Assembly (NCBI GenBank): GCA_963775465.1
Contig: CAVZIW010000015.1
Coordinates: forward strand, 1-64,000
Length of the DNA stretch: 64,000 nucleotides
Source of the DNA: Candidatus Bathyarchaeota archaeon
GTDB lineage: Archaea; Thermoproteota; Bathyarchaeia; Bathyarchaeales; Bathycorpusculaceae
Reading direction: 5' to 3'
Made by a program: the position numbers and the translations under genes. Below are positions 31,882 through 41,779 of this stretch, in pieces. Position 1 is the first letter of the stretch; every line of letters begins with the position of its first letter. Below the pieces are notes generated by a model. The model was not told the origin of the DNA and searched no databases. It saw only the letters and a list, made by a program, of their open reading frames with translations.

Positions 31882-32298
31882 ATGAAGAAAATCTCTTTTG
31901 TTTTAGTAGCAGTTCTCTTAGTCTCTATTGCCGCAATTCAAGCTTCTGCGGCTATGGCAGTGCCACCTGCACATTCTAATGCGGGCGGTCGCGAATTCGG
32001 CGCGCTTTGGTACGAAGGATATCAGGTTAGAACTTTTGTCCCTAACGGGAAACCACTGAATAATCCAGGAACTGACCCTCTCTATGCGTTTCCAAACGGA
32101 GAGCAAAACAGCGTTATTCAATTTGCCCCTGGCGACCCTGAGTATAATGGAGGACATTGGAAAGTCTATGTTGTCACTTGGAATGTAGCACCTTACTTAA
32201 TTGAATCCTATGACGAACTAATGACTGCAGCTGGTGATAGCGACGTGAATATCGATAGAATGCCAAACGCTGATGTTTTGTGCCCAGTAATGCCCTAA
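31882..32298 (+). CDS. Secreted hypothetical protein
   Basis: Signal peptide; PGDPEYNGGHW.V..VTW and C-terminal CPV. Confidence 0.78.
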   Translation: MKKISFVLVAVLLVSIAAIQASAAMAVPPAHSNAGGREFGALWYEGYQVRTFVPNGKPLNNPGTDPLYAFPNGEQNSVIQFAPGDPEYNGGHWKVYVVTWNVAPYLIESYDELMTAAGDSDVNIDRMPNADVLCPVMP

Positions 32299-32691
32299 TC
32301 GCTCAGTGCAATCAAACCACAAACATAAAGCAAAAAAAGTAACCCACTTTTTTCTATTATTTAGTGAAAGCATTAGACGTTACTAAAACTTTTTAATATC
32401 AACATAAAAATATGCATTACTCTGATTATGGTTATTGGTGCACTTTTTATTTTCATGGAAATAGGTGAAGCCGTGGCTTTTAGTTAGTAGAGCAGTTGCT
32501 TTCGGTGGAACAAAAAAGATGGAAAACCTCAAAATATTCCCGTTTAGGGGTATCCAGAGTTTTTGCCGATTGAAGATTAAAAAACTGTACCTGCGGAGTT
32601 GGAATTATTCATTTTTTTAGTCTGCTAAAAAATAAAGTTGCGGTGTTGTTTGATAGAAAATTGAAATTTCTGGGTGATCTTGAGAGGTTGG

Positions 32692-32730
32692 TAGAACAAC
32701 AACAGTTATTTTTTAGATGTTGTTGTTCTA
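32692..32730. repeat. Perfect 13-bp inverted repeat
   Basis: TAGAACAACAACA-N13-TGTTGTTGTTCTA. Confidence 0.8.
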
Positions 32731-32827
32731 GCAGATAAAGAGTTTTCGGAAAAATAATGATACAACAAAATTCTGCACAACCCTCATCAACAAAAAACAC
32801 CTTCACTATTCGTAAAATGGTTAAGTA

Positions 32828-33379
32828 TTACCTAAGTCCTTTTCCGGCATCCCACGCTTTAGAAAATTTTTCTCCAAGTTTATAGTAGCTTCTATCGTTC
32901 ATGACAAACAAGATGGGTTGCACTTTACCAAAGTCAACTTCGCCATCGGTAAGGACCTTTTCATCGCAATAAGTTGCGGCTACCTTACCTACGAAAACAT
33001 CATGGGTTGGGAAATCAACTGTTTTGATTAGCTCGCATTCCATGTTAATGGTGCATTCTTCAATCATTGGTGCCGTCTTCAGTTTGCCATAAAAAGTCTT
33101 GAACAAGGCCGTTTTGTCTTTTATCTTTCCAGAGAACAATCCACAATAGTCTGTCTCTTTTACCATTTTGACTGAGGGAATGTTAACGCTGAATGTTCCG
33201 TTGGTCTTGATACCAGCGTTTGTGTAGTGACTTTTGTTCATGCCAAGAGAAACAGAGGACATATCCATTATGCCCACGTGAGCTATTGTTATGTAGTTTG
33301 GTTTGCCCTCTACCATAGCTCCAACTATGGTTGTTGGCAGTGGATAAAGACAGTTTTTTGCTCCTAATTCTTTTTTCGT
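32828..33379 (-). CDS. Flavin reductase family protein with apparent ACG start
   Basis: KKELG...LYPLPTTIVGA...GKPN, FSVNIPS, APMIEEC...EC, HDVFVG; frame open to ACG 33379 with no ATG/GTG/TTG before the upstream TAG. Confidence 0.85.
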   Translation of the reverse strand, partial: TKKELGAKNCLYPLPTTIVGAMVEGKPNYITIAHVGIMDMSSVSLGMNKSHYTNAGIKTNGTFSVNIPSVKMVKETDYCGLFSGKIKDKTALFKTFYGKLKTAPMIEECTINMECELIKTVDFPTHDVFVGKVAATYCDEKVLTDGEVDFGKVQPILFVMNDRSYYKLGEKFSKAWDAGKGLR

Positions 33380-33640
33380 TTCCTCAACGCTCCACTAACC
33401 TGTTAACACAAGAGTTAATTAATTTAATTCTCTTCGAGTTGTACGCTCCATTAGCTGCATTCTAGTTGAATACACACCAAATCGTTGTTTTTGACAGAGA
33501 TTTTGCTTCTGTTTTGGTTGACTTGGACTCTGAAACAGTAGTTTCCTGAAAGGGGCCTGATCTAAAAGTCCTGGTTGGATGGGTAGATTCAATTTTAGTT
33601 CACAAAAAGAGGTCGGGCGAGTTCTTTCGAGACATTGCTT

Positions 33641-33868
33641 TCATTTCGTCTGATATTCGAGGTAGAGTTTTCTGCCTTCAGCCGCAGCTATCAAGATGCC
33701 CAGGGTCCCTACTGCAATGCCCGAAAAAGTGTTTGCAAAACTCAAACCTGGAATCAGAATTAGATCTATTTGTCCATTAGAAAGACCAAAAAGTAACCCT
33801 GTTATAGCACCAGAGATTCCAATGGCAAATAAAGCAAGACGAACAACTGTTGCTTTCCCTATTTTCAT
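33641..33868 (-). CDS. Small two-TM protein
   Basis: 75 aa with two hydrophobic helices. Confidence 0.6.
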   Translation of the reverse strand: MKIGKATVVRLALFAIGISGAITGLLFGLSNGQIDLILIPGLSFANTFSGIAVGTLGILIAAAEGRKLYLEYQTK

Positions 33869-34103
33869 TCTTTAGCCTTGTTTATACATCTAGATTATTC
33901 AGATTTAAGAATTTCTTAGTGTACTTAAGAGACATCTTAGAGGAGAACACAAAAAATCTTGTCAAGCACAAATAATATTCAAAATTGGCGCGATCTGAAG
34001 GCAAAACGACTAAGATAGATAGGACAATTTTTCGGTTGACCCGCGATTTTTGTGGTTCTTGGTTTTCCAACTGAGATCTGAAAATAGCAAGACTTAGGAA
34101 AAA

Positions 34104-34181
34104 CTTAAAAGAAAAATTAAAAGATATAGCAAATTTAGCAGACTAAGACAAAAAGTCTGCAAAAATTCGGAGAAAACAAAA
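34104..34181 (+). promoter_or_regulatory. Promoter and leader of paralog 2: TATA-like box, 5' hairpin, RBS
   Basis: CTTAAAAG 34104; stem GCAGACT 34138-34144 / AGTCTGC 34154-34160; GGAGA before ATG. Confidence 0.6.
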
Positions 34182-36806
34182 ATGAAGCATAATTTTCTAA
34201 CTATAAAATCCGCTATCTCTATCGCTATGCTATTGATGTTAGTATTATCTTCAGCAATAACGCTGTTACCTGCTGCATTTGCGCATACACCACCTGATGA
34301 TATTCTTACGTATGCATACCTTAGTGTCGCGCCTGACCCTATAGGAATTGGACAACGCCTTTTCGTTGTGATGTGGCTCGATTCCGTCTTGCCGGGAGCA
34401 ACGGTGGAAAACGACATAAGATTTCACGATTTCAAACTGACAATTACAAGACCTGATGGAAATACAGAAGTAGAAAATTGGCCCATAGTAACAGACACTG
34501 CATCTTCGCAACCCTTCTTGTACTATCCCGATCAAGTCGGAAACTATACCTTCAAATTCGAATATCCGGGACAAACCTACACTTGGAACCGAGCGAACAC
34601 ACCTGGACTTTCAGCTGCAAACGCTGCGTATGAAAACGATACATATCTGCCCAGCAGTAAGACAAAATACGTCACGGTTCAGCAAGAACCAGTTTTCACA
34701 CCTCCAAACAGTTATCCACTGCCCAATGAATATTGGGCACGTCCAATAGAAGGTCAGAATGTCGATTGGTGGACAATCTCATCCAACTGGTTAGGGAGAC
34801 AATCCCCTCAACTTGCAGAAGAAAGACTTAGAAACCCAGACGACGGGATAGGACCCGTAACTCCTCATGTCATGTGGACAAAGCCAATCCAGGAAGGCGG
34901 CGTTGTCGGTGGAACCAATACATTTGTCGAAGGTGAAGGATACTACATTGGAACAACATACAACCGGAGATTTAACAACCCTATAATCATGTATGGAATT
35001 CTATATTATACTGAGCCTGAGAGCATACCCGTGACAACTACAACTGCCGGCGGTTTAACAAAAGCTGTAGATATACGCACTGGAGAAGAAATATGGTCGC
35101 AGAGAATCCCTGGTCCAAACAACCTTTTCCAGTTTGGCTATCAGTACACTTCCGGTGATAATCCCAACATGCATGGGACATGGCCAGGAATATTGTTTAC
35201 TGCAGATTTTGCACGCGCCTTCGATGCACGCACAGGTAACCCAATGTTCAATGTAACTAACATGCCTGTAACTAGAGCTATAAGCCCGACAACAAGCGTA
35301 GGCACAGAGTACCTTGGTCCAGATGGTACTGTATATTTGTATCAATACAGTGGGGCAAACCATTGGCTAGCTCAGTGGAATTCATCGAAACTATGGACCT
35401 GGGGAACTACACCATCAATTCCATCAGTTGTTGATGCGAGCATAAACTCGGGACCCAACAATCGTTATGATTGGAACATTTCGATACCAATGAGTATTCC
35501 ATCGAACGCAAGAATCGTCTATACCATTCTGGATGACATAGTTCTCTTAACTAACATTACTAGTGCAACCGGTTTTGGTCCTTCCGCATCTGGAACTGCT
35601 CCGTACATGGTGGCTGCTATAAGTTTGGATCCCTCTTCAAGAGGAACGCTGCTTTGGAAAGAAGAATATACTCAACCGCCTCTAACAAGATCCATACCAG
35701 GAAAGCTTGTTGACGAACAGAACCGCATCTTTTTGACATATGACAAAGAGACATCTCAGATTCATGGTCACAGTCTTGACACTGGCAAAGAATTATGGGC
35801 TACAAACCTGCCCGAAGACTCATCTGACTTTATCCTCTACAGCTACTTAGGCGCTATTGGTCTGCAGATCGGCTATGACAAAGTCTACTTTGGAGGATAC
35901 GGAGGCATACTTCACGCCTACGATATTAAAACTGGCGATCTTCTCTGGACTTACGGCAATGGTGGACCAGGCAATACGACATACTCTGGAACAGGCTTAG
36001 CTTACGGTAGATATCCGATATACCCAGGACCAATAGCTAATGGAGTAATATATCTAGACACCGGCGAACATAGTGCTCAACCACCTTTGTACAAAGGCGC
36101 ATTAGTGCGTGCCCTTAACGCAACAACTGGAGAAGAAATATGGACGCTGACAGGATGGGGAGGACACCACAGACGTGAAGGATTCGCGGTTGCAGACGGG
36201 TTCCTGCTGTATCTGAACCATTATGATATGCAGATATACAGCGTAGGCAAAGGACCTAGCGCAATGACGGTTACAGCACCAAAGAGCGGTATACCATTCG
36301 GTCAATCAGTAGTCATAAGTGGCACCGTTCTCGACATAGCTGCTGGAACCAAGCAGAATGAGCAAGCTGCACGCTTTCCAAACGGAGTTGCTGCAGTGTC
36401 TGACGCTAACATGAGTGCTTGGATGGAATACGTATACATGCAGAAGCCTCGACCCAAAGACATACTCGGAGTTACAGTCTCTATCGATGTAATTGACTCT
36501 AACGGCAATATGAGAACCATTGGAACAGCGACTAGCGATGGGAATGGATTCTACAGTCTAATGTGGAAACCAGATATTCCAGGAAAATACACTGTTATTG
36601 CCTCGTTTGCAGGCTCAGAAGCATACTGGCCATCAAGAGACGAAACAGCTTTCGGCGTAGAAGATGAATTAGCCCCAACAGATGCACCGCCAGAACAGGC
36701 ACAATCAATGACAGATACGTACGTTCTAGGAATGGGGGCTGCTATTCTCGTCGCCATAATAGCAATAGGCATTGTTATGGTGCTTATCCTCAGAAGAAGA
36801 CCATAA
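34182..36806 (+). CDS. Secreted, anchored PQQ-like beta-propeller protein (paralog 2)
   Basis: Same architecture as paralog 1: AHTPP, LPNEYWARPI, GEHS, RFPNGV, TM plus RRRP. Confidence 0.88.
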   Translation: MKHNFLTIKSAISIAMLLMLVLSSAITLLPAAFAHTPPDDILTYAYLSVAPDPIGIGQRLFVVMWLDSVLPGATVENDIRFHDFKLTITRPDGNTEVENWPIVTDTASSQPFLYYPDQVGNYTFKFEYPGQTYTWNRANTPGLSAANAAYENDTYLPSSKTKYVTVQQEPVFTPPNSYPLPNEYWARPIEGQNVDWWTISSNWLGRQSPQLAEERLRNPDDGIGPVTPHVMWTKPIQEGGVVGGTNTFVEGEGYYIGTTYNRRFNNPIIMYGILYYTEPESIPVTTTTAGGLTKAVDIRTGEEIWSQRIPGPNNLFQFGYQYTSGDNPNMHGTWPGILFTADFARAFDARTGNPMFNVTNMPVTRAISPTTSVGTEYLGPDGTVYLYQYSGANHWLAQWNSSKLWTWGTTPSIPSVVDASINSGPNNRYDWNISIPMSIPSNARIVYTILDDIVLLTNITSATGFGPSASGTAPYMVAAISLDPSSRGTLLWKEEYTQPPLTRSIPGKLVDEQNRIFLTYDKETSQIHGHSLDTGKELWATNLPEDSSDFILYSYLGAIGLQIGYDKVYFGGYGGILHAYDIKTGDLLWTYGNGGPGNTTYSGTGLAYGRYPIYPGPIANGVIYLDTGEHSAQPPLYKGALVRALNATTGEEIWTLTGWGGHHRREGFAVADGFLLYLNHYDMQIYSVGKGPSAMTVTAPKSGIPFGQSVVISGTVLDIAAGTKQNEQAARFPNGVAAVSDANMSAWMEYVYMQKPRPKDILGVTVSIDVIDSNGNMRTIGTATSDGNGFYSLMWKPDIPGKYTVIASFAGSEAYWPSRDETAFGVEDELAPTDAPPEQAQSMTDTYVLGMGAAILVAIIAIGIVMVLILRRRP

Positions 36807-36820
36807 AAAAATACAATATT

Positions 36821-36836
36821 CCCTCTTCTTTTTTTT
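36821..36836 (+). terminator. CCCTCT plus T-tract terminator
   Basis: CCCTCTTCTTTTTTTT after the stop. Confidence 0.55.
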
Positions 36837-37051
36837 CTGCCGATAGTTACTGGATATGCTAATTTCTCTCAAGCTGTCTTTGGAATCTTATTTATTATAT
36901 AGTTTGGAATTTGACGGATCATTGTTGAGCTTTTATTAATTAAACTAAATCCAACCAAAATCTTACCTTAAATCCTACTTAGATCAGATTTTAAGAGAGT
37001 GACGAACATAATTGCGCGTTCGATACTCAAAAAAAAGAAAGAGAGGGAGGT

Positions 37052-37621
37052 TTAGCTCATTGGGGGTGGCGGTGGGGGCATCTGATTTTGCTGTGGTGTT
37101 TGGTTTGTAGGTATTTGGAAGAATGCTACGAGTATCAGAATCCAAGCGATGAAAATCAAAATTAATCCTACAAAGACTATTGTGAGAATCGCACCGATGA
37201 GTAGCAGTAGACCTCCGGTCCTAAATAGTCCAACTCCAGATTTGTCTGCAAGTGTCTCGAATGCTTTTCGGATGTAGATGGCTTCAAGTAGGTAAAATAT
37301 GAACGCGACGACTAGAAATATGATTATCCCTGCGATCAAACCCACTATGCCTGTCGCATCCGCATATCCTATTGCTGCTCCAGCGAAAACCCCGCCGAAA
37401 AATAGCGATGTTAGAGTTAACCCAGAAGCTGCGATTCCTATGATTCCAAAAATTACGGCGTAGAGTGTGTTTTTCCAGATGCTTTCGTCGTTGTATGCTT
37501 GGGAGAGAGTTCTCATGCCAATCAAAACGAGTATTATGCCTACGATGCTGAGAAATGGAACTGGAATGACTAGAAATATTGAGCCGATGCCGGCCATATT
37601 TTTTCCTGATTCTAATGACAT
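37052..37621 (-). CDS. DUF996 family membrane protein with polyproline tail
   Basis: GIILVLIG...LS..Y, LF.TGGLLLLIGAILTI..VGLIL..IAWIL..VAFF; ends MPPPPPPMS. Confidence 0.85.
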   Translation of the reverse strand: MSLESGKNMAGIGSIFLVIPVPFLSIVGIILVLIGMRTLSQAYNDESIWKNTLYAVIFGIIGIAASGLTLTSLFFGGVFAGAAIGYADATGIVGLIAGIIIFLVVAFIFYLLEAIYIRKAFETLADKSGVGLFRTGGLLLLIGAILTIVFVGLILIFIAWILILVAFFQIPTNQTPQQNQMPPPPPPMS

Positions 37622-37762
37622 TTCATATCCTCTAAGGGTGTGTTTTGTTTTGATCAGCATAAAAGCTTTGCCGCGATGTAGCGTTGCCTAAACTATTAGG
37701 GTTTGAATGTGGCAAACTTTAGTGTCGCAAGTCTTTTATCCGAATATCCAGTAGATACTTGA

Positions 37763-38248
37763 TTGAGTGAAATGATGAAAAGCCTAGTTGTGTACTATAC
37801 TCGAACTGGAAACGCAAAATTCGTTGCAGAAACCATTGCGGCTGAGCTTGGCTCTGACCTTGAAGAAGTTGTTGATCTAAAGAAGCGAGCTGGTAAGCTT
37901 GGCTGGATTTCAGCGGGTAAGGATGCGAGCCAAGAAAAGCAAACTCAAATCGGTCCCACAAGTCGGGTTCCGCAAGATTACGATCTTATAGTTCTTGGAA
38001 CTCCAATTTGGGCTTGGAAACCAACCCCTGCGATTAGAACCTACATAGCTAGAAATGACCTGTCCGGCAAGAAGGTGGCGTTATTTTTCACTATGGATTC
38101 AAGTTTGAAGCAAGCCGTGGAGAAAACAAAGGCGCTGATATCAAACGCTACGTTTGTGGGCGATATAGCGATACCAAAGGCGTTAGATAAGAAGGAAGAA
38201 ACAGAGAAGCAGATCGCTGATTGGTGTAGTTCTCTTAAAATAGAGTAA
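37763..38248 (+). CDS. Flavodoxin
   Basis: LVVYYTRTGNA, YDLIVLGTPIW, GKKVALF.T. Confidence 0.9.
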   Translation: MSEMMKSLVVYYTRTGNAKFVAETIAAELGSDLEEVVDLKKRAGKLGWISAGKDASQEKQTQIGPTSRVPQDYDLIVLGTPIWAWKPTPAIRTYIARNDLSGKKVALFFTMDSSLKQAVEKTKALISNATFVGDIAIPKALDKKEETEKQIADWCSSLKIE

Positions 38249-38348
38249 ATAGCTGGAGGACCTTTGTGGTAGAGCTTTCAAGTGTTTTCCCGAAAGGTTT
38301 ATCCACAGATCGACTGCATTGAATTTAGGGAAATGCATGAAAAAAGGT

Positions 38349-38993
38349 TTTTTGAAAAATATTAGCGTAATGGACTCTCCTTCATCGTCGACGCCAACTC
38401 AAAAGAAATCTCGTAAAACTCTTTGGATGATCCTTTTAGCTGTCATATTGATTGTTATTATAGCAGTGGGAGCTTTCATTGCCATGGGCGGTTTAGGCAC
38501 CAACAATTCTGCGGCAACACCTACACCAACTCCAGGCGGCAACCCAACACCTACCACCGGAACATCCTCAACGCCAACACCATCAGTTACAGGTGCAGAC
38601 ATCGCAGGAGCAAGCAGCCTACAATACAGTGTTGAAGCAACCTCTGGCGGAGTCTCTCAGGGATCATATACATACTATGGCAAAAACGCAGGCACAGACA
38701 ACTTTATGATGCGGATAGACTACACAGATGGCTCAGGAGATCAAGGTTCGTTTATCATAAACTCGGCACAACAGAAGGCTTGGTCGTACTCGGATGGAGA
38801 ATGGACTGATGTCTCAATAGCGTTTTCAATGCAATACGACACTTGGAATACATTATGGGAAGGATATGTTAACGCTCTTGGCGCTTGGACAGGATTAGGA
38901 GACTACACATACTCAGCTGGCGGAGACTCGGTAAGAATCTACGGTGTTAGCGTAAATCCATCACTCCCAGACTCACTGTTTACACCCAGCTAA
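38349..38993 (+). CDS. Membrane-anchored protein with Pro/Thr linker
   Basis: N-terminal TM, TPTPTP linker, MMRIDY, NPSLPDSLF end; start position uncertain. Confidence 0.75.
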   Translation, partial: FLKNISVMDSPSSSTPTQKKSRKTLWMILLAVILIVIIAVGAFIAMGGLGTNNSAATPTPTPGGNPTPTTGTSSTPTPSVTGADIAGASSLQYSVEATSGGVSQGSYTYYGKNAGTDNFMMRIDYTDGSGDQGSFIINSAQQKAWSYSDGEWTDVSIAFSMQYDTWNTLWEGYVNALGAWTGLGDYTYSAGGDSVRIYGVSVNPSLPDSLFTPS

Positions 38994-39148
38994 ACAAAAC
39001 AAGCTTCAAACCCAATTTTTTCTTTTTTTTTTTTTTCTTCCGATATTCTGTCTTGCTTGTCGCATTTCATTAATTTTAGGATTTAATAAGAAAAAAATAA
39101 TTTTGGATGGTAAATTAAGTCTATCCGCAGAAGAATCCAAAGAAGTTG

Positions 39149-39478
39149 CTACATCTGCATGGGCATCATTTCAAAGACTTCGATGCTCGCTTTTGGCATC
39201 ATAAAGTGAGGGCTGTCAACAATCATAGCTTTCACTGCCTCCATATTCTCTGCCTGCACAATGCTGTAGCCGGCAATTTCGGTCATACTCTTAGAACTTT
39301 CGTTTTTGGTATAATGCATTCCGCTCCCTAGAGGCGTTCCAGCATCAACGAGTGCCGCGCCAGCTTTTTTAAACCAAGCCATCCAGGGCTCCATGCCTTT
39401 CTTCATCTCTTCTGGGCTCACATTCATCTGCTGCTCAGCCGATACAGGCGCCATATATAAAATCATGAATTTTTTCGT
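39149..39478 (-). CDS. YCII-related protein with apparent ACG start
   Basis: WMAWF....LVDAGTPL, IAGYSIVQA, PH..IEVFE; GGAGGTGA 6 nt before ACG-AAA-AAA-TTC-ATG. Confidence 0.85.
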   Translation of the reverse strand, partial: TKKFMILYMAPVSAEQQMNVSPEEMKKGMEPWMAWFKKAGAALVDAGTPLGSGMHYTKNESSKSMTEIAGYSIVQAENMEAVKAMIVDSPHFMMPKASIEVFEMMPMQM

Positions 39479-39762
39479 TACATTTCACCTCCACAAAAAA
39501 CCAATAATACAATTTGGTTGAATACTATTAGCAAACATTGAAGCGATTTAAGGCATTGTGGTAGTTATCTGCCAATCACATTTAGGATTCTCTTTATTTT
39601 TCTAGAATATTGTGAATTACGAAATATTGCTTATATACGCTTTTTGGCGCCTGTCTGTTAAGAAGTAAGATGAGGGGAGAGTATGTTTTCAGAAATAATT
39701 CTGCCTCTAGTAAAAAATCAGTTGCATGCTGAGCATGAGAGCTTTATTTTGAGGTGGTTTTG

Positions 39763-40188
39763 ATGGGGAAGAATCGTAATCGCATATGCATTATTGCAGC
39801 CATTTTACAGGCTGCCAACTCCGGGTCAAGTAAAACTCGAATAATGTTTGAAGCGAATTTGAGTTTTAGCGTACTTATAAAGTATTTAAATGTCGCCGAG
39901 GAAGTCGGTTTTATTCGCCTTGATGATTCTAAATACCACTTAACTGAGCTTGGACAAGTATATCTAAAGCAGTATAAGCAGTATGAGACACGTTGCGCTA
40001 AAGTTCAGAGGGCCATAGAGTCACTACGGGGAGAGCGGGAGAGGCTTGATAAGTTATGTGAAGGCTCAATTTCAAACGGACTCTCAAAGATGTATCTAAA
40101 CATAGAAGAGATGCCAGCCATGGAAGAAACAGAAAATAAAACAATTAAGCCAACAAACAAACTCCCTGGTTCTTCAAGAAAAAGTTAA
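39763..40188 (+). CDS. Winged-HTH domain protein
   Basis: R.R..IIA.IL...KTRIMF.ANLS....KYL...Y.LT..G. Confidence 0.85.
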   Translation: MGKNRNRICIIAAILQAANSGSSKTRIMFEANLSFSVLIKYLNVAEEVGFIRLDDSKYHLTELGQVYLKQYKQYETRCAKVQRAIESLRGERERLDKLCEGSISNGLSKMYLNIEEMPAMEETENKTIKPTNKLPGSSRKS

Positions 40189-40195
40189 ATCTAAA

Positions 40196-40888
40196 GTGCA
40201 ACGATATAACTTGAACATGATACAGCCAACAGAAGACAACACAAAGACTGAGGATACGACACGGTCTTCGCTGAATAGACTCGCAATAATACTGAAAATT
40301 GTTTTTGAAGATAACCAAGACATTTTCTTGAAAAAGCCAGAAGAAGTAAATGTGGATTCACTGAAACATTTGTCTGATTCATTCATTTCAATTTCTACTC
40401 TATTTCAAGAGGTCATTGAAGAATGGTTCGGTTCTGATTCAGAAGCGTTTGACGTCATTAAGCAGTCAGAAGAACTTAAAGCTAAACTTGCCACTGAAAT
40501 AAGCGAGGCTGATAAACTAGATTTTGAGCAAATAAGAACAATTATGAATAGAACAAATAGAATCGACGAGGCTCTGGAAGATTTAGAGAAAATATCATAC
40601 TATCTAAAATATTATGAAGATTTATGCAAACAAAAAGGTCTTACAACGTACGCCAATTTATCAGAAATTTTTAGAGTCTATGGTGCTGAGGAATTTATTA
40701 AAATCCTAAAGAACGAGGCAAAACGACATAAGCTTCAGATAGAGAGAAACAATTTATACAATAATCTGCACAATCAAACAAAACTCAACACAAAGACTTT
40801 GAAAATTGCTTATGCTGCATTGAGCATCTCGATTGTGTTTGCTGTTATTGCCGTGTTGGATTTGCTTTTGAGGTTTATGGGTCGCTAA
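40196..40888 (+). CDS. Coiled-coil protein with C-terminal TM
   Basis: Charged helical body and terminal hydrophobic helix. Confidence 0.65.
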   Translation: MQRYNLNMIQPTEDNTKTEDTTRSSLNRLAIILKIVFEDNQDIFLKKPEEVNVDSLKHLSDSFISISTLFQEVIEEWFGSDSEAFDVIKQSEELKAKLATEISEADKLDFEQIRTIMNRTNRIDEALEDLEKISYYLKYYEDLCKQKGLTTYANLSEIFRVYGAEEFIKILKNEAKRHKLQIERNNLYNNLHNQTKLNTKTLKIAYAALSISIVFAVIAVLDLLLRFMGR

Positions 40889-40947
40889 GTACGATGTTGG
40901 TTCAACCTGGGAAATTGCTCTTGTTGCTTGCTGAGCTTGTTAAAATG

Positions 40948-41538
40948 TTACGTGCTCTGGGGTTTTGTCTCGCTCATTTTTTCGATTCTTTCAGCAGTGT
41001 TAAATGTAAGCTGTTCAAGTCGTATGCTCATTCGCTCAACGTCACAAACGGACGGTTCAATTTTGCACCTGTCGGGTTTTTTAAGTAGTTCAAGTTGGTT
41101 TAAATAGCCGCTGTATAGAATCTGGTATTGAAGGCTTTTAGCTGCGTTTTTTGTGATTTTTGATTGTGGAGAAATTAGCAGTATCGAGACAAGCGAGGCA
41201 ACGCCAAGCACAGATAGAATAGTTGAAAATAATCCCACTCCGTTGAGTGCGCTAAGTATTATTGCATCTAAGATGAGGCTTGCTCCTAACCCCATCATTA
41301 AAATGTAGATTGATATGTTGATCTTGCAGGCTGCTTCACTTATTGAAATTGCCCTAAGAAATGTATCGTTAAAAGTTTTTTCAGCGTATGCAGCTTTATG
41401 TTCTTTGAATTGATTGGAATCTTTTTGGTCTTCTTTTACTTGTGTAGTTTCAATAGCAATAATGGGTCTGTCTTCTTCTATTTGCATTTTAGCCGACTTG
41501 GGGCTCCGGTGTTTTAATTCAGTCAAAGCGTTCACCAA
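40948..41538 (-). CDS. Two-TM membrane protein
   Basis: Central hairpin of two TM helices flanked by helical segments. Confidence 0.65.
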   Translation of the reverse strand: MVNALTELKHRSPKSAKMQIEEDRPIIAIETTQVKEDQKDSNQFKEHKAAYAEKTFNDTFLRAISISEAACKINISIYILMMGLGASLILDAIILSALNGVGLFSTILSVLGVASLVSILLISPQSKITKNAAKSLQYQILYSGYLNQLELLKKPDRCKIEPSVCDVERMSIRLEQLTFNTAERIEKMSETKPQST

Positions 41539-41779
41539 TAAAATTAAACTGTGCCCTTGTTGGCTAATACGAGTTATGAATTGAGAATAATTATGAGGGC
41601 TCTTTATTTGATTTATTTATTTTTGGTTGTGCGTGTTAAAGAATGATTGAAAATTGTTAAGGTGATAGAAAACGTGCGCTATTTTTCTAGAAATGTTTTG
41701 GCAAAAAGTGCTGTTGGCTAGATGTTATCACATACAGATTTATTCTGGCGAGTTAACGATTGCATAGAGGAACAACTAT

